Of a DNA stretch of 64,000 nt, positions 19,801 to 28,930 are shown piece after piece. Made by a program: the position numbers and the translations under genes. The notes beneath the pieces were generated by a model. It saw only the letters and a list, made by a program, of their open reading frames with translations, searched no databases and was not told where the DNA came from. The DNA comes from Nitrospinae bacterium AH_259_B05_G02_I21 (GTDB lineage: Bacteria > JADFOP01), in contig JALLOF010000002.1 of the NCBI GenBank assembly GCA_027717595.1, positions 29,324 through 93,323 on the forward strand. Reading direction: 5' to 3'. How positions within the stretch are numbered: position 1 is the stretch's first letter; each line of letters begins with the position of its first letter.

Positions 19801-20793
19801 TCACCCTTTGGCCGTACCGCGAGATGGAGAGAATCTAGATAAAAATCGATCGCGCCAAAGCCAGTGGAAGAGGCCGGAGAACATGGCGCTATCCACCGTG
19901 AACAAAACCAAAGCGACCCCTCCGACAAGCAAAGGGTTTAGCACCTTCAACCACCTACGGGTCTCGCTTTTTAACCAGACGTTTTTGGCGGCCCTAATAA
20001 CGTAAAAGAGGGGCAACCCCAAGAACCACGTTTTTTTATGAATGAAGCCCAAGACCGTCACTGGGGCCAATAGGACGTATAGGCGAAGGACCGGTAAGTG
20101 CCAGTCTCTTGCCAAGCCCGCAATGAGGTCGTGGCGAGAGTAAAGCGCGTACTTGCGGAAGGTCTTGCCGAAGCTTGAGGGAATCTCCCACTGAACCATC
20201 GCTCTTGGGGCGTAGGCAATTTTGTAACGGCCCGCCTTCCTTATTCTGCCCATGAAAATCCTGTCCTCGCCAGCCCTAAGGTCGGGAAAGCCGCCGACCT
20301 CCTTCCAGACCTTCCTCTTCATCAGACTGGAGGCGATGAAGTGGGTCCTGGTAGGAATTCCCTCCACCAGGGATTTTGGCTTGACATGGGCGTATGCCGC
20401 ACATCTTAGATAGAAGCTACTAGTCACCGGCTCAAAGGCCCCATAGACCACGTCTACCTCTGGGTCCTTCTCCATGGGCTCTAGGAGCCTTTTCATCCAG
20501 TCTGGGTGATGTCGGACACCGGCGTCGGTAAAAGCGAGAATTTCGCATTCCGTGGCCTCTGCCGCCAGGTTCCTGCCCGTCCCAGGAAACGCGTGATCCG
20601 CTAGGACCACGGTCAACGGTAAGCCACGCTCTTTCCACACCATTAACCGCTCCACCGTCCCGTCCGTAGAGCCACCGTCGGTGACCACAATCTCTGCAGG
20701 GGATAGGGTCTGCGCAAGGAGGCTCTCCATGAGCTGATCAATGGCCGCGCCCTCGTTCTTGACCGGGATGATGACGGCGACCTTACAATCCAT
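19801..20793 (-). CDS. GT2 glycosyltransferase with C-terminal membrane anchor
   Basis: VAVIIPVKNEGAAI...TDGGSTDGT...FTDAG (GT-A), then C-terminal hydrophobic helices. The start is taken at MDCKV (20793); the listed longer ORF is an upstream read-through. Confidence 0.7.
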   Translation of the reverse strand: MDCKVAVIIPVKNEGAAIDQLMESLLAQTLSPAEIVVTDGGSTDGTVERLMVWKERGLPLTVVLADHAFPGTGRNLAAEATECEILAFTDAGVRHHPDWMKRLLEPMEKDPEVDVVYGAFEPVTSSFYLRCAAYAHVKPKSLVEGIPTRTHFIASSLMKRKVWKEVGGFPDLRAGEDRIFMGRIRKAGRYKIAYAPRAMVQWEIPSSFGKTFRKYALYSRHDLIAGLARDWHLPVLRLYVLLAPVTVLGFIHKKTWFLGLPLFYVIRAAKNVWLKSETRRWLKVLNPLLVGGVALVLFTVDSAMFSGLFHWLWRDRFLSRFSPSRGTAKG

Positions 20794-22267
20794 CAGATGA
20801 GAACGCCTCTTGAGACGGGGGTGACGCCAGCCATCCTCGAACCATAGCGAAGGCCTCACGGAGCTCACGCTTTTCCACCACGATCGCTGCCCAGAGGCCC
20901 AAGAGGGCCAGGGGTACCACAATGGTGAAGACCGATCCTCCGGGCATGAGGGCCATCGCAACCAATACCGCCAAGGACCAGCTCAGAGCCTGGCGGTTTT
21001 TGGACTCCAGGCGCAGTCCCAAAACTTTGACGTGATAGGCGTAATTAAACGCAGCAAAGACCACATAGCTGACCAGGTAAGCTCCCACTAACCCTAATAT
21101 TCCGAAGCGGGGCATGAACAACCAGAAGACCGCAACCCACATAAGGTTCTGACACACCGCGAAGCTTATATATGCCCGCAGCGCCCCCAGGGCCAGCAGT
21201 GAGCCGTTTAAGATATAGGCGACGAGAAAAAAGCCGTCGCCCAAAAGCTGGAGAGGAAAGAGGCGTGTAGCCGGCAGGAATTCGCTGGAATAAACCAGGT
21301 AGACGATAGGCTGGCGAAAGGCCATCAAACCCGCAACGATAGGGATGAAGCAGAGGAGGCTGAACCGAACCGCCCTGTTGATCTCCGCTACTCGCTCGGT
21401 ATTGTCGACCGCCTGGCACATGGCGGGATAGTAGTGGCCCCACAACCCGTTGGTCAACAGCACCAAATAGAGGTTGTGAATAGCATAAACCACCTGGTAG
21501 TATCCGTTGGCTTCTAGCCCCAGGTCCCGGACCACGAGGGAACGCATATAAAGCAAGGCCAATAGCCCCATTACACCACCGGCAAATCCCGCCGCCCCAT
21601 ACGAGAGCAAGCCTTTTACCTCCCGCGTGACGAGTCGGAGACGAAACAGGGGACGGAAAGGGATCCGCCGGTGGAGGTACCAGAGGTTGACCCCCGCCCC
21701 CCAGCAAGCGACAACCACCAGGGAGATGAAGGCGCCCCGGACTCCCAGAAAGGCGATGAGGAGCACGAAGGGGACCAGCCCTCCCACCGCCGTCATGATG
21801 GCCACCCGGGTATAGGTGCCGTATTCGAGGAAGCCGTAGAATAGGGGTCCCCCTAAGCCGGAGGCCAGCACCATGAGCGGGATGGCGAGGGCCACCAGAG
21901 CTACCCATGGAGCGTACGCGACCGAAGCGAAGAGGAAGTGGGACAGCGGCCGAACGGCGACGAGCACCCCCGCCACCAAAATAACCGCCAGACCAATCTG
22001 GAGGGTGATAGAGCTGTGGATGACGTCGCCCAATCGGCTCTCCTCGCCCGTGCTCTGGTACTGCGACACGTACCTGATAATGCCCGTGCCCATCGAAAGG
22101 GTCGCCACGGTGGTTGCTAGGCTGAGGAACATGGTCGCCTGGGCCAGGAGGCCTACGCCGTCGGGTCCAAGCATGAAGGCTGCGTACTTGCCCCGCACCA
22201 ATGCCACTACAATGTTGACGAGGGAGAATGTCCCGATGACTGCCGCGGCGGTGGCTAAGCGTCGCAT
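20783..22267 (-). CDS. wzx: MOP-superfamily polysaccharide/oligosaccharide flippase (Wzx-like)
   Basis: 494 aa with ~12-14 TM helices. The N-terminal pattern (FSLVNIVVALVRGKYAAFMLGPDGVGLL) is typical of polysaccharide biosynthesis (Wzx/MATE-like) exporters. Confidence 0.65.
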   Translation of the reverse strand: MRRLATAAAVIGTFSLVNIVVALVRGKYAAFMLGPDGVGLLAQATMFLSLATTVATLSMGTGIIRYVSQYQSTGEESRLGDVIHSSITLQIGLAVILVAGVLVAVRPLSHFLFASVAYAPWVALVALAIPLMVLASGLGGPLFYGFLEYGTYTRVAIMTAVGGLVPFVLLIAFLGVRGAFISLVVVACWGAGVNLWYLHRRIPFRPLFRLRLVTREVKGLLSYGAAGFAGGVMGLLALLYMRSLVVRDLGLEANGYYQVVYAIHNLYLVLLTNGLWGHYYPAMCQAVDNTERVAEINRAVRFSLLCFIPIVAGLMAFRQPIVYLVYSSEFLPATRLFPLQLLGDGFFLVAYILNGSLLALGALRAYISFAVCQNLMWVAVFWLFMPRFGILGLVGAYLVSYVVFAAFNYAYHVKVLGLRLESKNRQALSWSLAVLVAMALMPGGSVFTIVVPLALLGLWAAIVVEKRELREAFAMVRGWLASPPSQEAFSSDGL

Positions 22268-22374
22268 GGGACTCCATCGCCGTTAGGCCAACCTCTACAG
22301 GGCTTCCGTAAAATCAAGAGCACGGTCAGCATTCCGGTTTTCCCAAAGGCGATTTTGGGTAACGAGGAGATACC

Positions 22375-22390
22375 TCTTCCCATGGGAAGA
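22375..22390. promoter_or_regulatory. 16-bp perfect palindrome TCTTCCCATGGGAAGA in the wzx upstream region (candidate operator)
   Basis: Read directly: tcttccca|tgggaaga is its own reverse complement. It lies ~110 bp upstream of the wzx start in a 236-bp intergenic gap. Confidence 0.35.
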
Positions 22391-22503
22391 AGGAAATCCC
22401 TGGGTTGACGATGCGTTTTTCGTCATGCCACCAGGCCACCCCCATCATAAAACGCAAGGCGATGTTTTCATCGGGCTGGTTTCGGCCTCCCCTCTCTGCT
22501 TGT

Positions 22504-23901
22504 CTAGACGGTGGTCGAGCGATAGAGGGTAGAGAAGAAACGCTCGCAAATTCGATACTCGATGCGCTGGGCCATCTCCTTCGAGTAGTGCTCTAAGGCA
22601 TAGGCCCGAGCTTTCGCCCCGAGTGACTTTCCGAACTCCGGATCCTCAAGGAGTCGCACGACAGCCCGAGCCATTGCCGCGGCGTCACGGAACGGTACAA
22701 CCAGGCCCCGTTCATCGCAGCCCAACAACTCGCTGTGCCAATCGTGATCGTAGGCCACAATGGGCGTGGCCGAAAGCGCTGCCTCGCTCAGAGCGACACC
22801 CATATGGGCGACCACAATCACATCCGCTGTAACAAACAGATCAAGGAGCTCTTCCTGTGACCGCCAGCCAAGAAACCGAACCGACTCCTCCAGCCCGCGG
22901 GCGTGGGCCTCTCGTTCGAGCTGTGGGCGAAGTTCTCCCTGGCCCACCATCAGGAGCACTGCTCTGGGATAATCGGCTATTACGTGTGTCATCATTGCCA
23001 GAAGGTCACCCGGATACTTTACAGGATGCAAGCGCCCCACACTGAGCAGGATAGGCCGACCCTCGAGGCCCAAAGTGGCTTGGAGATTTTTCCGTTCACC
23101 GGGATCGACCCTATGTAAACTGCTCGGATAGAACCGATAGGCGAAGCTCTTTTCAAGAGAAGCCCCGTGGGCCAGGGCGTAATCCTTGTAATGTTCCCAG
23201 TTGCCAATGACCAAATCAGCGCTGCCAAAGAGGAAGCGCTCCACCAGCCGTTCCACCATGGGCCATCGAAAGGGCGGAAAGGCCACCCGACCGACGCTCC
23301 GAGCCGAGGCGTCATAGTTCTGAACAACATGGATGCCAAAGGGAACTCCCGCCAAACGGGCGACGAACCACCCAAGGCATCCCAGAAGGTGTGGGTCCTG
23401 TGCTATGACCAAGCCGACGTGCTCTTGGCGACACACATCCACGAGGCGGCGGGCCAACCGCACCGCAGCCCACCATCCATTGATGGTAGAAAGTCCAATC
23501 TGCTCCAGCCAGCTAGGAGGGTGCTGACTCACTTGTATGACAGAAACTTGGTCACTGAATGTCCGCTGCTGTTCCGTCCCAGGTTGGGGAACGAAGGCGA
23601 CCTGCAGGGTCCGCAGAAAGAATGGGTTGGGATTGGGAGCAATATGCTCTTCCACCTGATAGCGGTCCACAACCTCAAGGTTCATCGGTTCCAATCGCAG
23701 CAAGGTTCGCTGCCGAGGGTTAGCCACGTGCTGCCTCCGAAGCGGAGCGGTGACCCCGACGATCAATGCCGCCAGCCCGCTTACTAACCAGGTTCCCACC
23801 GTCAGCAGCCGATCGGCCAAAGCGACCCATAACGGACGGTGCCTAGCTTTTCTAGTCATTTCCAAGGGATGCACTCCTTGGGCCGTTTTCCTGGAGACCA
23901 C
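22504..23901 (-). CDS. GT4 (GT-B) glycosyltransferase with N-terminal membrane anchor
   Basis: N-terminal TM (LLTVGTWLVSGLAALIVGV); C-terminal glycos_transf_1 region (RFLGWRSQEELLDLF...PIVAYD). Confidence 0.75.
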   Translation of the reverse strand: MVSRKTAQGVHPLEMTRKARHRPLWVALADRLLTVGTWLVSGLAALIVGVTAPLRRQHVANPRQRTLLRLEPMNLEVVDRYQVEEHIAPNPNPFFLRTLQVAFVPQPGTEQQRTFSDQVSVIQVSQHPPSWLEQIGLSTINGWWAAVRLARRLVDVCRQEHVGLVIAQDPHLLGCLGWFVARLAGVPFGIHVVQNYDASARSVGRVAFPPFRWPMVERLVERFLFGSADLVIGNWEHYKDYALAHGASLEKSFAYRFYPSSLHRVDPGERKNLQATLGLEGRPILLSVGRLHPVKYPGDLLAMMTHVIADYPRAVLLMVGQGELRPQLEREAHARGLEESVRFLGWRSQEELLDLFVTADVIVVAHMGVALSEAALSATPIVAYDHDWHSELLGCDERGLVVPFRDAAAMARAVVRLLEDPEFGKSLGAKARAYALEHYSKEMAQRIEYRICERFFSTLYRSTTV

Positions 23902-24271
23902 TAATGCTCCAAGTCCCCGTTGAAGAACTGGGTGGGTCGGCGAAGGACAGCATTTCTAACAAAGGTCACCATTCTGTGCCTTAGGTGCCCCCCGTAAGTG
24001 AAGGGCCACCTGCAAACCCGCACAATAGGCCTGAGCGTCAGCTGCGGGTAGATTCACCGCCACAACCTCGGTCACCAAGAGCAAGAGGTACACGGCGAGG
24101 AATCCTTTGCCGCTCCCAAGCTCCAGCTGCCGCTCCACCTTTGAAATGGGTAGTTCGATCCACAATAGCCAATTACAGGGTCCACAGCCTGTAATGAGGC
24201 CACGGCTGAGCCACAGGTGTAGTCCTGGCACAACGCCCTATGAGAGTCTCCAACCAGCCGGCAAGGATCCA

Positions 24272-25246
24272 TCACCACACCGCCTCCGGCTCCTGCGCCG
24301 CCATAGCCTCCAGAGGCATCCAACGAAACACATCCGGGTAGCTGGACCAGCACGATACGTGAGCTTCCACCTCTCGGCGAAAAGCAGGCAGGTCGTAGTC
24401 ATGAAAATGGAGCAGGCCCACCCGGGGGGCATGATGTGCCAGTTGAGCCAGGGCCGTCATCTTGGGGACCACCCGCAATGGGCTGACTGTGGCACCGACC
24501 AAATTCGGGAGCGAGACGAGATGGGTCGCAGGGGGCACGCGGACTGGGAGGCCGGGAGGGGGTGGCTGGGCGAGGGTGGTACCGCCAAAAGTGTTCCGCC
24601 CATCGAACCTGAGACTACAATCTATGACCACGCCATTCGCCTCTAACGTCTTAACGACCACAGGGGGAAGAAACCACCAACCCGCCGTGTAGGCCGTAAC
24701 CTTGAATCCCTTCTCAGCAAACCAGGCCAACTCCTCGAGCATCTGTGCCCGCACCACGGCCTCTCTTCCCAAGAGGGTGCGCGGGCCTATGGGTACTAGA
24801 TCGGGCTCCCACAACGCCCGCATAGGGCCGGCGGAGAAACGTTCCCGCTCTGCCACCATCGCTCTGTCGTCCACAGAAATGGTATCGAAGAAGTGACCGT
24901 GGTAGGCTAGGTCTGCCTCATCCGCTATTCTCTTCACCCGACCGGCGAAGGTTGTCTCTTCGGTCCCTACGGTCGCCATCAACCGGGCTGTCTGAGGACA
25001 GCGGGGAGTGGTCACCCCAACCACCGCTCGCACACCCGCAGTTCGTCGGAACCACCCGACTAAGGCCAGCAGCGCCTCAAAAGTGGTTTCCTGGGCGACG
25101 GCCTCGGCGTGAACACAAAAATTGAGGTCCACCGGACCCATCCCTGGCGAGAAGACCGGGGGTCTCAGTCGGCGCCATAGCTCCAAAAGGGCATGCACCA
25201 CCCGCTGGCGAGTCGAGCGGGGCGTGGCCAGCAATGCTCGGTTCAT
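24272..25246 (-). CDS. hypothetical protein (no confident family assignment)
   Basis: 324 aa ORF co-oriented with the operon and with a coding-like composition; no motif I can name with confidence. Confidence 0.4.
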   Translation of the reverse strand: MNRALLATPRSTRQRVVHALLELWRRLRPPVFSPGMGPVDLNFCVHAEAVAQETTFEALLALVGWFRRTAGVRAVVGVTTPRCPQTARLMATVGTEETTFAGRVKRIADEADLAYHGHFFDTISVDDRAMVAERERFSAGPMRALWEPDLVPIGPRTLLGREAVVRAQMLEELAWFAEKGFKVTAYTAGWWFLPPVVVKTLEANGVVIDCSLRFDGRNTFGGTTLAQPPPPGLPVRVPPATHLVSLPNLVGATVSPLRVVPKMTALAQLAHHAPRVGLLHFHDYDLPAFRREVEAHVSCWSSYPDVFRWMPLEAMAAQEPEAVW

Positions 25247-25267
25247 CCGCCCGACAGCCCTTTCAAG

Positions 25268-25859
25268 CTACCGGACCTCCACGAGGCGCTTGATGTTTTT
25301 GTAAGTCTTCGGGCAGAAGAGACCCACCGTCCTCGTAAGCCGATGGAAATCCTCGGGGTCGTGGCCGTTGATGAAAACGACGATGCCGTCTAAGGAGCTC
25401 TGGACGATCGGCTCAATATATCGCTCAAGCATCATTCCATTGGAAAAGGTTTTCACGATCATCCGCTTGTGAACGGCTGCGTCCTTGACCATGCAGAAGA
25501 GGTCTTTATTGAGCAACGGCTCCCCGGAGCCGATGACATTGATGCAAATAGTTCGGTCGAAACGATCGAAAGTGTACTTGAAGGTTTCAAAGTTGATATC
25601 CTCGGTCGTCCGTTGATTCCAATCGAAATCATCAGGGGATGATGTGGAATTGGATCGGACACATGGAGCAGGCAAGATCGCATCTACTGGTGGTGACGAT
25701 GGAGAGAGTCACCGGTCGGTGTGCAACCACTTTACCCCGTCGTGCAAATCTCGCGTGGAGACAATTAATCTTCTAATCTTCTAACCCCAAGTAAAGGGCC
25801 ACCGCCAGGCGCCAGCCACCAGCCACCCCCCAGACATCGCGGGCCGTGAGCACTTTCAT
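25268..25859 (-). pseudogene. degraded partial duplicate of the radical SAM gene 31466..32548 (N-terminal ~195 codons, multiple frameshifts/stops)
   Basis: DNA and protein similarity to 31960..32548 is visible from the start codon (…atcgcgggccgtgagcactttcat vs …atcgctggccgtgagcattttcat). The Cx3Cx2C region reads TTSRCDLACSMCP but is interrupted by stops and frame changes. The in-frame fragment 25268..25675 matches EDIDFETFKRTVDRFDR...NIIGAGEPLLNK of the intact gene. Confidence 0.65.
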
Positions 25860-26002
25860 AGTATCGGCGAAACCATCTTTTGCAAGCCGAGCAACCAAAC
25901 CGTCATGGCCCACACAGCTTCCAGCGAGGGATTGCCCGGGAAAACCAGGGCAACAAGAGTGAGAAACCATGCGGAGGGAAACCGGCCAAGAACTTCATAT
26001 TG

Positions 26003-26923
26003 TTAACACCGCCGTCCCTGAAGGGCCACCAAATCGGCCCCGAGAAGCTGAAGCTCCTCCAGGCCAGCTTCCTGAAACCAGGAAAAGACCTCGGGATAGG
26101 TATGATAGCTCTGGTATATCGACGAGTAGAAGTCGAATGTCTCGAGCACCCGGCGGCGCCAGTTTGGGTACATAGCAATGGGAAATAAGTACAACGTGAT
26201 TCCGCGAATCATCGGAATCTGATGGAGGTAGTAAATGGGCACGGCTAAGTGGCACAATGCGTACAAAAGACGTGGTGGCAAGCGAGAGGTCCACTGGCGG
26301 TACTTCTCCAACACGTAATTTGGCGGCCAACGGTACACACCTACAGCAATCCTGCCACCCCGCTTGAGCAACAGTGGCAACTCCAGGAAGGCCCGGTGAG
26401 GGTCGGGGGTGTGTTGGAGGACATAAATACTGAAGAGGCTATCAAAGGTCGAAGGAGCAAACGGCATCTGGAACACGCTCGCCTGCAGAAGGTGAACGTT
26501 TGGGCGACGACCGATGGCCTCAAAAGCAACATCCACCGAAGAACTGATATCGAATCCCACCACGGTCCCTCCAGCATCGTTGACCAATTTGGAGAAGCGC
26601 CCTGCTCCACACCCGACGTCTAGAACGAGCTGGCCCTTGAGGTCCTCCGGCAAAAACCCTGTGTTGCTACTGAACCGTTCCAAGGTTTCTTCGGCCCCAT
26701 CCTCCATGATCGTCCGCCTGTACTCTTTCCATAACAGGCTAAAATTGCTCGCGTAGGGGTCCACATCGACGAAACGGGGAATGTATTGGGTAATTGGATA
26801 AGCATGGTCTCCGCAGAATAGCGAACCCCTTTTCACCTCCTCACCATCCCACTCTAAAGCATCTAATCGGAACGGCTTCTTGCATTGGGGACAGACTAAG
26901 TAGTCCAGCAATCCGACCTTCAT
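26003..26923 (-). CDS. SAM-dependent methyltransferase with N-terminal Trm112-like zinc-ribbon
   Basis: YLVCPQCKKPF...LFCGDHAYPI (Trm112-like ribbon); motif I VLDVGCGAGRF; VVGFDIS; SIYVLQHTPDP. Confidence 0.75.
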   Translation of the reverse strand: MKVGLLDYLVCPQCKKPFRLDALEWDGEEVKRGSLFCGDHAYPITQYIPRFVDVDPYASNFSLLWKEYRRTIMEDGAEETLERFSSNTGFLPEDLKGQLVLDVGCGAGRFSKLVNDAGGTVVGFDISSSVDVAFEAIGRRPNVHLLQASVFQMPFAPSTFDSLFSIYVLQHTPDPHRAFLELPLLLKRGGRIAVGVYRWPPNYVLEKYRQWTSRLPPRLLYALCHLAVPIYYLHQIPMIRGITLYLFPIAMYPNWRRRVLETFDFYSSIYQSYHTYPEVFSWFQEAGLEELQLLGADLVALQGRRC

Positions 26924-27055
26924 CCCCTACCCCTTCGTGCACTCAACGCGAGAAGCCTGAGCCCTCAGCTTAGCCTGTCGAGCAGTCCCAGTAAGACACC
27001 GACCGCCTTTAAGATATCGCTTATTATTTATCGAGCGGACTCAAAAGTCCATCAG

Positions 27056-28600
27056 TTACCCGGTGTAACTAGCTACATCTTTCAAGTCTATGACGATTGG
27101 ATCTTCGATCGGCTGGAGGCGATCATACTTGCCAAGACCCCATGTGCCGTCCGGTACGCGCGCCAGACGGAGCCCCCTATTAAGGTTTATTTTGTCCACG
27201 TTTTTATCATAATTAAGACGGTAGTGTATGGAACGGCGAATGTGGCGGAAAACATTTTTAGCATCGTAACGCAGTACCAGAAGCCACTTCATGATGCGAT
27301 GGGCATTAGGGCTCAAGCTTGAATCGTTGTAGGTTCCTGCCTTAATGCTAATTATTTTCCTGGCCAGCTTCCTCTCCTCGGCGGTAAACTCGGGAGTTTC
27401 GTAAGCTACCTCGTCATACTTGTCTCCGATGGAGGACATGGAATATGAATCGGAAAGGGTGTTGACGTCGTCGTTGTTAAGCACCCAGTCCGCTAGGGGT
27501 GTTCCCGTCATGTGTGTCGCCGTGGAATAAGCAAGCACATCGAAGCCCATTTTTTGAGCCTTTTCGAAGGAAGTGACAGTTTTCTTCAGCGTGTCGCCGG
27601 GGAGTCCTATGATCATGTACCCAAAAATCTCCCAATCATACTTCCGCATCTTCTTCACACTTTCGATTATTTCCTCCATCGTCTCGCCCTTGTTAATCTG
27701 GGCGTACACTTCCTCGTCTAAGGATTCCACTCCGACCCAAATACGCTTGCATTTGGCACGATACATCTTTTCCAAAAGATCCTCAGGCGCCCTGTCAGCC
27801 CTGAACCCTTGTATAACCCAGGGCAGGTCTATGTTTTCTTCAATAAGAAGATCGCAGAATTCAACTATCCGCCTTGGCCTCATATTGAACGAAGCATCAA
27901 CAATATGGAAAAGGCTAATATTGTACTTCTCCTTGGCCATTTTAAGTTCTTCGATTATATTCTCCGGGCTGCGGGCCCTCCATTTCTTCACAGGCATAAA
28001 ACAGAATGAGCAGCTGTAAGGACAGCCACGGCTTGTATTAATTGGATACACATCCATTCCCTGACCGCCGTAAATTTCATAGTCAGGGAAGAGTAACTTA
28101 TCAACATTTTTATCGTTCACCCTTGCCATGTTCTCCACAAGGCGGTCTCCATCCCACCACACCAAACCAGCTATCCCTTCCAACTCCTTTTTACCGTTTT
28201 TCCTTTCTAGGGCGTCAACCAATTCGACCATGGTCACCTCGCCCTCTCCTAGAACAGCAAAGTCTGCGCCCGTCATATCCTCCAACGATTTAGCACCTAG
28301 TCCCAGTATCTCGGGGCCACCTACCACAATTTTCCCGCTGTAATATTTCCTGAGCTTTTCAATATACTCTTTGGCTGATTTATACGTTATGTTATAGACA
28401 GGGAACCCTATGAGACCGGGGTTATAACCACCCACAGCTTTTTTAATCCGCTCATCGACAGGACCTGTCCTGATGTTTACCGTATCAAGCAAGCTGACCT
28501 GGTGGCCGGCCGCCCTCAGATGGGCCGAAAGATAACCTAATCCCAGGTTAATACCGGTACTCTCCGTGGCACCAAAAAGATCAACCAATAATATTTTCAT
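27056..28600 (-). CDS. B12-binding (cobalamin) radical SAM protein (class B radical SAM, putative C-/P-methyltransferase-type)
   Basis: N-terminal B12-binding Rossmann-like domain (MKILLVDL...), radical SAM Cx3Cx2C (TSRGCPYSCSFCFM), 514 aa. Visibly AT-richer than its flanks. Confidence 0.8.
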   Translation of the reverse strand: MKILLVDLFGATESTGINLGLGYLSAHLRAAGHQVSLLDTVNIRTGPVDERIKKAVGGYNPGLIGFPVYNITYKSAKEYIEKLRKYYSGKIVVGGPEILGLGAKSLEDMTGADFAVLGEGEVTMVELVDALERKNGKKELEGIAGLVWWDGDRLVENMARVNDKNVDKLLFPDYEIYGGQGMDVYPINTSRGCPYSCSFCFMPVKKWRARSPENIIEELKMAKEKYNISLFHIVDASFNMRPRRIVEFCDLLIEENIDLPWVIQGFRADRAPEDLLEKMYRAKCKRIWVGVESLDEEVYAQINKGETMEEIIESVKKMRKYDWEIFGYMIIGLPGDTLKKTVTSFEKAQKMGFDVLAYSTATHMTGTPLADWVLNNDDVNTLSDSYSMSSIGDKYDEVAYETPEFTAEERKLARKIISIKAGTYNDSSLSPNAHRIMKWLLVLRYDAKNVFRHIRRSIHYRLNYDKNVDKINLNRGLRLARVPDGTWGLGKYDRLQPIEDPIVIDLKDVASYTG

Positions 28601-28632
28601 CTCGACTGCCTCCCTTAGCAGTGGACGACCTT

Positions 28633-28668
28633 ATTACACCAAGCCACCCTATTACACCAAGCCACCCT
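28633..28668. repeat. 18-bp perfect tandem direct repeat x2 (ATTACACCAAGCCACCCT) in the upstream region of the B12-radical SAM gene
   Basis: Read directly at 28633..28650 and 28651..28668, 33-68 bp upstream of the minus-strand gene start (28600). Confidence 0.5.
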
Positions 28669-28930
28669 ACCCGTGTCAAGGTGTCCCCTTTCAAGCGGGG
28701 GCCAGTATGAACCTGAGGAGTCTGATAGGGCCGCAAAAATCTTCCATTGCCGCTGGCTTGAGCCTGAACATTGTCCGACGGGCTACTGCTATCCTAAAGA
28801 GCTGGCACGCATCTATTTAAACCAATTGAAACAGTGGATTTGGATTAAAGAACCAACCTGGGATTCATTCCCTCCAGCGACTCATCTACTTGAGAAGGAT
28901 TTTTCCCTATGCACTTTAAAAGCCCATCGA

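Noticed and set aside
23956-24231. Small minus-strand ORF with a GSGKG...VVAV pattern reminiscent of methyltransferase motif I
   Set aside because: 91 aa, no further motifs, overlapped by other frames, and it sits in a 370-bp gap. It could be a decayed remnant but the evidence is too weak to call.
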